A stretch of 64,000 bases of DNA. Origin: Candidatus Eiseniibacteriota bacterium (GTDB taxonomy: Bacteria; Eisenbacteria; RBG-16-71-46). The position numbers and the translations under genes were made by a program. The notes below the pieces were generated by a model. The model was not told the origin of the DNA. It saw only the letters and a program-made list of their open reading frames with translations, and ran no database searches. Where the stretch lies: contig CAVUWA010000002.1 of NCBI GenBank assembly GCA_963744995.1, forward strand, positions 672,001 through 736,000. The letters run 5' to 3'. Shown piece by piece: positions 14,335 to 23,435 of this stretch (position 1 is the stretch's first letter; each line of letters begins with the position of its first letter).

Positions 14335-15152
14335 CAGCGTCCCTGTGCGGTGTCCGGCGCCTGGAGCACGCGGGCGTCGGGAATGCGCATCGTCGCGCCG
14401 CTTCCGGAGGACGCGTCCTCCGCCTTGCCCTGGCCGTGGGCGAGCTTTTCGAGCGAGTACACGATCGCCGTATAGAAGTTGCCCTCGCCGTGACGGAACA
14501 GCTGGAACGCCTCGCCGCGATCACCGACGAACGGCTGCAGGTTCCACGCCATCTGGATTCCGACGAACGCGAACAGCACGGCCCATGCCTTCATGATGGC
14601 CATGGCCTTCTTCGGGTACACGCCGCGCTGCTCGCACGCATAGGCGAGGCCCTCGTGCAGCGCCGCCATGCCGATCAGTCCCGCGCCGAGCACGATGACC
14701 ACGTGCAGCAGCGTGAGGAAATAGTAGTTCGCGCCGGTCAACAGAAAGAACATCGTCACCGGAACGACGGCAGCGAGGAGGATCGCGCTCAGCGCCAGCG
14801 CGCCCATCACCAGCGCGAGCACCTGAGCGAGCCGCAGGCGCGAGCCCACCAGCACCTGCACGACGAAAAAGCCGGGGAAACAGATCAGCAGCGTCCCTAG
14901 GAACAGCACCGGAAGCTTCACCGCGGCCGAGACCGACTGCCATGGTCCGGCGTAGGCGCCGGCAGCGGCGCCGTAGAGGGCGAGCAGCACGATGAGCGTG
15001 CCCGCCGCATGGCGCAGCTTCACGCCGAGCGCCTCGCCCGCCGCGACCTCGGCATAGAACTGCTCGCGATCACTCAGGATCTGGGAAACGAACGCTCCGA
15101 AGCCGGAATGGACGGGGGCCGTTCCAACCGCGTGCGTGGGGTTCGAAGTCAT
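14334..15152 (-). CDS. Conserved hypothetical multi-pass membrane protein
   Basis: About 5 hydrophobic segments; SAAVKLPVLFLGTLLICFP and VGIQMAWNLQPFVG motifs; GGAGG before ATG 15152. Confidence 0.75.
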   Translation of the reverse strand: MTSNPTHAVGTAPVHSGFGAFVSQILSDREQFYAEVAAGEALGVKLRHAAGTLIVLLALYGAAAGAYAGPWQSVSAAVKLPVLFLGTLLICFPGFFVVQVLVGSRLRLAQVLALVMGALALSAILLAAVVPVTMFFLLTGANYYFLTLLHVVIVLGAGLIGMAALHEGLAYACEQRGVYPKKAMAIMKAWAVLFAFVGIQMAWNLQPFVGDRGEAFQLFRHGEGNFYTAIVYSLEKLAHGQGKAEDASSGSGATMRIPDARVLQAPDTAQGR

Positions 15153-15201
15153 GCGGCACCTCCTGGGTGGAGACGCAACGATCCGCCCGGAATATGCCAT
15201 T

Positions 15202-15247
15202 TGTCAATGTATATTATTGTTTGCTGCTGTTTGGTGCTGCTTTAATC
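15202..15247 (-). promoter_or_regulatory. Sigma70-type -35 (TTGACA) with upstream AT-rich 10-bp-period repeats
   Basis: TGTCAA at 15202-15207 on + reads TTGACA on -. Adjacent units: TGTATATTAT/TGTTTGCTGC/TGTTTGGTGC/TGCTTTAATC. The -10 element is weak. Confidence 0.5.
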
Positions 15248-15337
15248 TCTGGAGGAGCGAGGCGGCGTCGGCGGGGCGCTCGGGTACTGGATCGGCCCGC
15301 GGCGCCGGATCGGCCACCGGTCACCGGACGGCTCCGG

Positions 15338-16364
15338 CTAATCGGCCAGCTGTCCCGACTCGCCGGGGACGATCTCCACGAGCATCTTCTCGCCACCGCG
15401 CAGGACGGCGAGGCGGCTCTTCACGCCGATGTGCTCGTGCGTGAGCAGCCGGTGGAGGTCGTCGACGCCGGTGATCGGCTGGTCGTTGAAGCCGATGACC
15501 ACGTCGCCTTCCCTGAGACCCGCGACCGCTGCCGGGCTGCCGCTCTCGACGTGCACGACCATCAGCGCCGAATCGCCGTCGAGCCCGTGCGCGCGCACGA
15601 TCGGCTTGCGGAGCCGCACCATGTGGCCGCCGATGCCGAGTTGAGCGCGCTTCACGCGGCCGTCACGGATCAGGTGCGCGGCCACGAAGCGGGCCGTGTT
15701 CACCGGAATCGCGAAGCACAGGCCCTGCGCCGGCAGAATGACCGCGGTGTTCACGCCGATCACGCGCCCGCACGAATCCACCAGCGGCCCGCCCGAGTTG
15801 CCGGGATTCAGCGCCGCGTCGGTCTGGATGACGTTGTCGATCAGGCGGCCCGATTGCGCGCGCAGCGTACGGCCGAGCGCGCTCACGACGCCGGCCGTGA
15901 CCGTGGCCTGGAAACCGAACGGATTGCCGATCGCGATCACCACCTGGCCGGGACGGAGCGTGGCCGAATCGCCGAGCTCGACCGCGGGCAGGTCATCGGC
16001 GCTCACGCGAATCACCGCGAGATCCGTTTCGGGATCGTCACCGACCGGCGTCGCGGGCAGCGTAGCGGCCGTCGGGCAGCGCCACCTCGAGCCTCTGCGC
16101 CTCGTGCACGACGTGGCTGTTGGTGAGGATCAGCCCGTCCGGGGTGAACACGAACCCCGAGCCGCTGCCGCCGCGCCGCGGCTTGCCGCCCTCGCGCCCG
16201 CGGCGCACGTCGATCTTCACGACCGACGGGCCGACCGCATTGACCGCACGCATGACCGCGCGCGAATAGGCATCGAGCATGTCGCCGTCGGACGCGGGCG
16301 TGCCGGGGGTTCCAACGCCGGGATCGCCATCGTTCGACACCATCTGAATCCAGGGTTCCATCAT
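15338..16364 (-). pseudogene. HtrA/DegP-family (S1C) serine protease with PDZ, split by a 1-nt frameshift
   Basis: GSGSGFVF...LTNSHVV (His) lies in ORF 16038..16565, while TDLAVIRV and IQTDAALNPGNSGGPL plus PDZ lie in the frame of ORF 15338..16015. Deleting one base near 16064 gives continuous [23 protein letters not shown]. Confidence 0.88.
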
Positions 16365-16839
16365 GCCCTCCGGGCTGGGACGGGAAGGTCGACCGTGCCT
16401 TCTTCGATGCAGGGCGGTCCGAAAGGTCGCCGTGGGGGGGGCGCCGCAGCCGCGAAGGCCGCCCGCACGGGCGCTCCGGCCGGGTCGGACCGTCGCGACC
16501 GCATGTCCGCCCGGGTCGCGCGGCCGCGGGGGTTCCCGGGGCGGGCAGCGGGACCCGGCGATCATGGCGCGGGCGGTTGCGCGTCTCCTGGCCTGTCAGA
16601 CGGTCATCCGGGAAGCCCGGGTGTCAGCCGCGCCCGCGCCGGCGGGCCGGGCGGCACGCCGCCTGCGCACCCGTGGCATGCGTGGCCGCAAGCGCTTCGC
16701 GCATCCGGCGCGACACCCGGCCCCGGGGCACACGCTATGCATGAATCCGCCGTACTCCGCGGGCGTGACCGCACGGCCGTCGCTTCGATCGTGACGACCT
16801 GCGTCTGCTGATCCCCAGTCAGGCTCGAGGAGGCCAGGC

Positions 16840-17874
16840 ATGAAACTCACCCACGCGCTGTCGGCGCTCGCGGTGGCGGGCGTGCTCGCCGCGGCCACCG
16901 TGTCCGCCATGGACGCGATCCCCAGGACGCCGCCCGTTCCAGGCGACAATCCGATGACCCCGGCGAAGGTCGAGCTCGGGCGCAAGCTGTTCTTCGATCC
17001 GCGCCTCTCGGCGTCGGGCACCGTCTCGTGCAACTCGTGTCACAACGTGATGGAAGCCGGCGAGGACGATCGTGCGACCTCGCTCGGCGTGATGGGCCGC
17101 GAAGGCGTGCGCTCGGCGCCCACGGTCTGGAACGCAGCATTCCTCACGGTGCAGTTCTGGGACGGCCGCGCTGCGACGCTCGAAGAGCAGGCCAAGGGGC
17201 CGATGGTGAATCCGGTCGAGATGGGCATGCTCGATCACGCCTCGGTCATGAAACGCATCGCCTCGATTCCCGGCTACCGCGAGGAGTTCAAAAAGGCGTT
17301 CGGCGGCGCCGATCCGCTGACCATCGACAACGCGGCACGGGCGATCGCGAGCTACGAGCGCACCCTGGTGACGTCGAACAGTCCGTACGACCGTTATATG
17401 GCCGGCGACAAGAACGCGCTCTCCGCCGAGGCGGTGCGCGGTATGCACAAGGTCGAGTCGATCGGCTGCACGACGTGCCACAACGGCCCGGTGTTCGCCG
17501 GCCCGGCCGGAACGATCGGCAAGGGCTTCTTCATGAAGTTCCCACTCATCCCGGGCACCGTGTACGAGAAGCAGTACCGGCTCGCGCGCGACGGCGGCCG
17601 CTACAACGTCACCCACAAGGAAATCGACCGCGACTCGTGGCGCGTGTCGCAGTGGCGCAACATCGCGATCACCGCGCCGTACTTCCACAACGGTTCGGTG
17701 GCGACGCTCGACGAGGCCGTGAGGGTCATGGCGAAGACCCAGCTCGACAAGGATCTCGCGGATCAGGACGTGAAGGACATCGTCGCCTTCATGAACGGCC
17801 TCACCGGCGAGTTTCCCGCACAGCAGATGCCGCGGCTGCCGGCGATGCCGATGAAGAGCGTGCTGGACGACTGA
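16840..17874 (+). CDS. Di-heme cytochrome c peroxidase (CcpA/MauG family)
   Basis: Signal peptide; CNSCH and CTTCH; LGRKLFFDPRLS; QFWDGRA; TAPYFHNG. Confidence 0.93.
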   Translation: MKLTHALSALAVAGVLAAATVSAMDAIPRTPPVPGDNPMTPAKVELGRKLFFDPRLSASGTVSCNSCHNVMEAGEDDRATSLGVMGREGVRSAPTVWNAAFLTVQFWDGRAATLEEQAKGPMVNPVEMGMLDHASVMKRIASIPGYREEFKKAFGGADPLTIDNAARAIASYERTLVTSNSPYDRYMAGDKNALSAEAVRGMHKVESIGCTTCHNGPVFAGPAGTIGKGFFMKFPLIPGTVYEKQYRLARDGGRYNVTHKEIDRDSWRVSQWRNIAITAPYFHNGSVATLDEAVRVMAKTQLDKDLADQDVKDIVAFMNGLTGEFPAQQMPRLPAMPMKSVLDD

Positions 17875-18034
17875 GCGGCGGCTTCCTGCGATGCGCGACC
17901 CGGGCGGGCCCCGATGACGGCCCGTGCGGGCGCCGTCGCGCCCGTGGGGGCGGTGCATGGCCGCCCCTTTCGGGCCCGGGCCGGACTCCGGCCCCGAGGT
18001 GATGAGAGCGGCGGTTCCGGACGATAATCCCCGC

Positions 18035-20128
18035 ATGTCCTATGTCCTTCCCGTGACCGCCGTCCTGCTCGGGCCGCTCGCGCTCGCGCTGTGGTCGCAC
18101 CGCGTGGCGATCCGGCCGCGCGCGGATGGGGCGGCGCCGTCTCTGTTCGCCTTCACCCAGCGCACCCAGTGGGCGGCGCTGCTGGCGCTGATCTTCTGGA
18201 TTCCCCTGTGTTTCGGATTCGGGGGCCGGGACGCGCCGGGCTTCCTCCATGAAGCTCTCTCGCGCGGCATCGCCCGCCCGTGGGCCGGAGCGCTCTGCGC
18301 CGGACCGCCGTTGCTGGTCCTCGCCGTCATCGGGCTGCTCAGCCATGACATCGCGCGACGGGCCGGACTCACCGACTGGCCCTGGCGCGCCGCCCTGATC
18401 GACGCGCTGCGCCTGGTCGGCGGCGGGGTGGTCGCCATCACGCTGGTGCTGGCCGGTGTCGGCGCCTACGTGCACGGCGACGCGCGGATCGGACTCGCGG
18501 CCATGCTCGGCGGGATCGTGACGGCGGGGATCGTCGGTGGTGCGCGCCGCCGCGCCGCCGGGCTCACCCCCTATGCGATCACCAGCGGCGAGCTGCGCGA
18601 TCACGTCTTCGCGCTGGCCGCGCATGCCGGGGTGGGCCTGCGCCAGCTCTACGTGGTGCCGTTTCGCCGCTTCCGCCTGGCGAATGCGTTCGCGGTGCAG
18701 GGACGCGCCGTCATGCTGACGGATCAGCTGATCGAACGGCTGGACCGCGACGAGGTCGACGCCGTCCTGATGCACGAGCTGGCCCACCTCTCGCGCAACG
18801 ATCCGGCCCGGATCATGCGCGCGCTGCTCGTCGCGGGCGTGGCGATCGGCGTTCCGCTCTCGCTCCTCGGTGCCTGGACGCTGTCGATCGTGCTGCCGAT
18901 TGCGCTGATCGGTTACTACGCCTATCGCCGACGCATCGAGTACGCGGCCGACGCGCGCGCGCTCGGCCTCGGCGCGCACCCCGAGGCCATGGTGACGGGG
19001 CTCGCGCGGCTCGGGGCCATGGCCCAGGTGCCGGTGCGCTGGAGCGCGGCGCGCGAATGGCTGCTGACGCATCCCTCGCTCGAGCGCCGTGCCCGGAGGC
19101 TCGCCGCGGCCGCCGGTGCGGACCCGGAGGCTCTCATCGTGCTTGCCGACGCGCCGCCTTCCGGTGGCGAGCGCTGGACCATGCCGTCGGCGCTCACGTC
19201 TCCGGCTGCCTTCAACAGCGAGTTCCGGCGCGCCGTCGTGGGCAGGCTGAGCTGGTGGGTCCTGCTGGCGACCGTCGTCGCACCGGCCGGAGTCGTCGCG
19301 GCCGTCATCCGGCTCGAGGCGTCGGACCTTCTGTGGACGCCGCGGGTCGTGGCGTTCGCCGCGGCGGTGGCCGCCGCCCTTGCGGCGCGGACGCTCACGC
19401 AGGCCTTCGTGGGACACCGGCCCATGCTCGTTCTGCGCCGAAAGGTCGAGCCGCGCCTGCGCGCATCGATCCCGGCCGAAGCGGATCCGACGCAGACCTT
19501 CTTCGTGGGCCTTGCTCCGGGCGACCTGCCTCGAATCTACGAAGGATTCGCCGAGTGGGACGTGGGGAGCCTCGCCGTCACGACCGGGCGCTGCATCTAC
19601 TCGGGCGAGGCGGTGCGCTTCGCGCTCGCGCCCGATGAGGTGCGCCGGCTGTGGATCGACCGGCGTCTGCCCCCATGGGGCCGCATGCCGATCGTCCGCA
19701 TCCACTGGGAGCGTGCGAACGGGGCGGGCGGGACCTTCGGGCTGGTGCCGATCGGCATGACCAACCCGTTCGCGGCCGGAGCCGAAGCACGCCGGCTGCT
19801 GACCGCGCTCGAGGCCTGGCGTGCCGCCCGGCTCGAGCCGGCGGCGCAGCTCCCGGACTTCCCGGCGCCCCCGACCATGGAAGTGACGGGCACGCCGCCC
19901 CGCGCACTGGTCCAGGCGAACGCGATCGTGATGACGTGGCTCATCCAGATCGTGCTCGCCTTCGCGCTCGGCCTCGCGTTCGGGGTGCCCGGCCATCCCT
20001 TCACGCTCGGGGCGTTCGACATCGCACTGGCCGCCGTGCTGGTTCAGGCGCTCGGTGTGGGGCCGTTCCTCCTCTACCGCGAGCCCGCGCGGGGCGACGC
20101 GCCGCAGCCGGACTCGCGAGCGGCCTGA
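18035..20128 (+). CDS. M48 (HtpX/Ste24-like) membrane zinc metalloprotease with long C-terminal extension
   Basis: ANAFA, HELAH, EYAAD, THPSLERR; multiple TM segments. Confidence 0.82.
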   Translation: MSYVLPVTAVLLGPLALALWSHRVAIRPRADGAAPSLFAFTQRTQWAALLALIFWIPLCFGFGGRDAPGFLHEALSRGIARPWAGALCAGPPLLVLAVIGLLSHDIARRAGLTDWPWRAALIDALRLVGGGVVAITLVLAGVGAYVHGDARIGLAAMLGGIVTAGIVGGARRRAAGLTPYAITSGELRDHVFALAAHAGVGLRQLYVVPFRRFRLANAFAVQGRAVMLTDQLIERLDRDEVDAVLMHELAHLSRNDPARIMRALLVAGVAIGVPLSLLGAWTLSIVLPIALIGYYAYRRRIEYAADARALGLGAHPEAMVTGLARLGAMAQVPVRWSAAREWLLTHPSLERRARRLAAAAGADPEALIVLADAPPSGGERWTMPSALTSPAAFNSEFRRAVVGRLSWWVLLATVVAPAGVVAAVIRLEASDLLWTPRVVAFAAAVAAALAARTLTQAFVGHRPMLVLRRKVEPRLRASIPAEADPTQTFFVGLAPGDLPRIYEGFAEWDVGSLAVTTGRCIYSGEAVRFALAPDEVRRLWIDRRLPPWGRMPIVRIHWERANGAGGTFGLVPIGMTNPFAAGAEARRLLTALEAWRAARLEPAAQLPDFPAPPTMEVTGTPPRALVQANAIVMTWLIQIVLAFALGLAFGVPGHPFTLGAFDIALAAVLVQALGVGPFLLYREPARGDAPQPDSRAA

Positions 20129-20240
20129 GCGTCGCGGGTTGCCCGCGACCGGAGCGGGCGATAGCATGCGTGTCGCGCTGCGAACGCATGCGCGCGACCG
20201 TCCGCCGGTCACCGACACCGCATTTCCGGAGCCCCATTCC

Positions 20241-22277
20241 ATGCACACCATCCAGCCCGCCCGACTGAAGCCGGGCGCGACGATCGACGCGCTGCCCGGC
20301 GCCGCGGCTGCGGCCGGCGTCGCCGGCGCGACCGGCGGCGAGATCCGCGGCAGGGCGCTCATCTTCTGGGACCCGAAGAAGCCCGGGCAGAAGCTCGACG
20401 CGATCGACACCGACCAGATCACGCCGACCACCGACTGCGTCTCGGAGAGCCTCGACACGCTGGACGAGCGCTGGAAGGCCGGCGCATTCCGGCACCTGAT
20501 GCCGGACTTCAGGAAGCGCGTGCACGCGGGGGAGACGTTCATCATCGCCGGCGACCGCTTCGCGATCGGCTCGTCGCGCGAGATGAGCCCGGCCGGGCTC
20601 AAGGGCATTGCCGAGGAAGTCGGCCTGCAGATGGTGATCGTCTGCGGCAACAACATGGGCGACATCTTCCGGCGCAACGCGTTCAATCTGGGGCTCCACG
20701 TCGTGCAGAGCCCGGACGCGGTCGAGGACGCGCAGGACGGCGACAGGTTCCGTTTCGATCCCGACAGCCGCAGGCTCACCAACGAGACGCGCGACCGCAC
20801 CTACGAACCGGTGCCGCTCACGCCCAAGGAGGACGAGATCCGGCGCTCGGGCGGGATCTTCAACACCGGGCGGCGCGAACTCCGGACAGCGGTCGAGACG
20901 AAACCGGCGATCGTGTGGCCCGACGCGACGCTGGCGCAGCGGATGACCACCACCGAGCAGATCGTGTGGGCGCACCGGGTGGACAGGAACGCCGAGGTGC
21001 GGCCGGGCGCGACGCTGCGCGTCTACGCCGATCTGCTGCCGGCCTCCGACGGCACCGCGCCGTTCGCGATCCACACGTTCAACCAGATCACCGGCGGGAA
21101 CACGATCTTCCCGCGGCAGATCGCGATCGCCAACGACCACTTCGTGTTCACCGGCAAAGAGGCGGACGACCGGCAGACCGCCATCGGCCGTGACTTCGCG
21201 AAGATGAACGGCATCGAGAAGCCGTACTACGCGACGCCCGGCGACGGGATCTTCCACTTCTATTTCCCCGAACAGGGGCTGGTGATGCCGGGACAGTTCA
21301 TTCCCGGCGCCGATTCGCACAGTCGCGCCTACGGCGCGTACGGCGCGGTCGGCATGGGGGTGGGTTCGACCACGCTCGGCTTCGGCTGGTCGACCGGCTA
21401 CATCTACTTCACGCTCCCGCGGCAGCGCCGCGTCGTGTTCGCGGGCGAGCTGCAGCCGTGGGTGAGCGGCAAGGACATCGTGCTCGAGCTGCTGCGCCGC
21501 TGGGGCGCGCGCCAGTCGCAGGGCATGTCGGTCGAGTTCGTGGACGCCGCGAAACAGCTGCCGATCGGCTACCGCAACACGATCTGCAACATGATGGCCG
21601 AGGGCGAGGCGATGAACGGCATCTTCGCCGCCGACGAGATCACCTACGCGTGGTACCGCGACAAGGGCATGGGCGAGCTCCCGTATCCGAAGATCCGGCC
21701 CGGCGCCGACGCGCACTACGAGATCGACCAGACGCTCGAGCTCTCCGAGGTCGTGCCGATGATCGCCAAGCCGTTCAGCCCCGGCAATGCGTTCCCTGCG
21801 GAAGACGTGGCGAAGGAGCGGATCACGTTCGACAAGGCGATGATCGGCTCGTGCACCAATGGCAGCTACGACGACCTGCTGTCGGCGGCGCTGGTGATCC
21901 AGGTGGCGCGCGCGCAGGGGGTGACGAAGGCGAAAACCGAGTTCGTGATCTTCCCCGGCTCGGGCGGCGTCGCGAAGCGCATCCGCGAGGCCGACCCGCG
22001 GCTTGACGGCCAGTCGATCGCCCAGGTGTTCGAGTCCGTCGGCGGCCAGATCCGCCAGTCGTGGTGCGGCCCGTGCTTCGGCCAGGGGCCCGATTCGCTG
22101 ACGCCAGGCCAGCGCGCGATCACCAGCTTCAACCGCAACTGGACGAACCGCATGGGCGTTGGCGGCGAGGGCTTCCTCGCATCCCCCACGGTGGTCGCCG
22201 CGAGCGCGCTGCTCGGCTACATGGGCCCGCCGAGCGAGCTGGGGCTGGCGTGGGAGGCGGAGGCGTTCGGAGTCTAG
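20241..22277 (+). CDS. Aconitase-family dehydratase/isomerase, small (swivel) subunit fused N-terminal to large subunit (LeuD-LeuC order)
   Basis: N-terminal DTDQITP, GSSRE, IFRRNAFNLG (LeuD-like); then DH, GADSHS, GSCTNG, CGPCFG, TSFNRNW, FLASP (LeuC-like, 3 Cys ligands). Confidence 0.88.
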   Translation: MHTIQPARLKPGATIDALPGAAAAAGVAGATGGEIRGRALIFWDPKKPGQKLDAIDTDQITPTTDCVSESLDTLDERWKAGAFRHLMPDFRKRVHAGETFIIAGDRFAIGSSREMSPAGLKGIAEEVGLQMVIVCGNNMGDIFRRNAFNLGLHVVQSPDAVEDAQDGDRFRFDPDSRRLTNETRDRTYEPVPLTPKEDEIRRSGGIFNTGRRELRTAVETKPAIVWPDATLAQRMTTTEQIVWAHRVDRNAEVRPGATLRVYADLLPASDGTAPFAIHTFNQITGGNTIFPRQIAIANDHFVFTGKEADDRQTAIGRDFAKMNGIEKPYYATPGDGIFHFYFPEQGLVMPGQFIPGADSHSRAYGAYGAVGMGVGSTTLGFGWSTGYIYFTLPRQRRVVFAGELQPWVSGKDIVLELLRRWGARQSQGMSVEFVDAAKQLPIGYRNTICNMMAEGEAMNGIFAADEITYAWYRDKGMGELPYPKIRPGADAHYEIDQTLELSEVVPMIAKPFSPGNAFPAEDVAKERITFDKAMIGSCTNGSYDDLLSAALVIQVARAQGVTKAKTEFVIFPGSGGVAKRIREADPRLDGQSIAQVFESVGGQIRQSWCGPCFGQGPDSLTPGQRAITSFNRNWTNRMGVGGEGFLASPTVVAASALLGYMGPPSELGLAWEAEAFGV

Positions 22278-22636
22278 CGGTGACGCCCCGATGCGCTGGG
22301 GAAGGACGAGTCGCGGTGACGCGAAGCGGGCGAGGAACCCGGCCAGCCCGCCAGGCTTCGTGGGCGGGCATCCTGTGGCATGACCCGCATGCCTGCAAGG
22401 CATGAGATCCGGGAACAGCCCGCCGTTACGAACGAAGCCCGGTGCCGCCCGCACGCGCAAAGACCGGCCGCTGCTCGCGCCCGGAGACCATCGTTGCATC
22501 CGGCGCAATTCGGCATGGAGCTTGCCATCGTGCTCCACGACGGAAAGCCGGGGCAATCACCGGAGGCGGTTGTAAGATCCGCCGCGGTGCTTTCGCTGGT
22601 CCCATGAACCGCTGTTCATCAACACGGAGCAGGAAC

Positions 22637-23224
22637 TTGAAAAAGATCATACCGATGTCGTTGTTGCTGCTTGCGCTGGCCGCGTCCACGGCGGCGGCGG
22701 CGGGCACAGGGAACATGATCGTGGGGGGGATGGCCGGCGCGGGAATTCCGACGGGCCAATTCGGTGACGTCGCCGACGCCGGGTTCTCGGGCGGCGGGTT
22801 CGTCGAGTTCATGGCGACGCCGAATCTCGCTCTCGGCGTCGATGCCCTGTTCCACGGGCCTGGAGGCAAAGAGGCCTACATCAACACTTTCCCCAACTCC
22901 GTCGACGACGTGACCTTCGAGGTGCTCCAGTTCACGGCGCACGGACGCTGGATGTTCACGTCGGATCTTCCCGTCGTCCCGTACGCCATCGTCGGCGGGG
23001 GCGTCTACCATTTCACCGAGAAGTATCACGGCTCCCAGGTGTCCGACGACAGCAGCACCAAGGGCGGAATCTTCGGCGGAATCGGGGCGGAGTACGGACT
23101 GACCTCCATGCTTCGCGTCGGTGTCGAAGGCGACTGGCACGACGTGTTCACGCCGGGGGACAGCAGCCCGTGGTTCACCGTGCTGGGCCGGCTGTCGGTT
23201 TCCTTCCCGGTGCACGTTCAGTAG
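22637..23224 (+). CDS. Small outer-membrane beta-barrel protein (OmpA/OmpW-like)
   Basis: Signal peptide; alternating beta strands; PYAIVGGGVY; GGIGAEY; terminal SVSF. Start TTG 22637 is approximate. Confidence 0.75.
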   Translation: MKKIIPMSLLLLALAASTAAAAGTGNMIVGGMAGAGIPTGQFGDVADAGFSGGGFVEFMATPNLALGVDALFHGPGGKEAYINTFPNSVDDVTFEVLQFTAHGRWMFTSDLPVVPYAIVGGGVYHFTEKYHGSQVSDDSSTKGGIFGGIGAEYGLTSMLRVGVEGDWHDVFTPGDSSPWFTVLGRLSVSFPVHVQ

Positions 23225-23435
23225 TCCGCAATTCCCACGGGGCCCGGTCGCGATCCGACCGGGCCCTTCGTGCGTCTGCCTCCACGCTCCGGCGGCGCGC
23301 ACCGGCCGCTCCGGCCGCTCGTCGCCCCGCCTGCCGCGCCGGTCCCGCGGCGGCGCGCGACAGCGGGATCCGCGTTAGGCTGCGCGAAAGTCGGTCGCGC
23401 CACGCTCCGGCCCTCCGCCCGAGAAAGGAACTCCC

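Noticed and set aside
16038..16064. Programmed frameshift or selenocysteine readthrough in htrA
   Set aside because: The continuation is in a different frame, so it is not UGA readthrough, and there is no slippery sequence at the junction.
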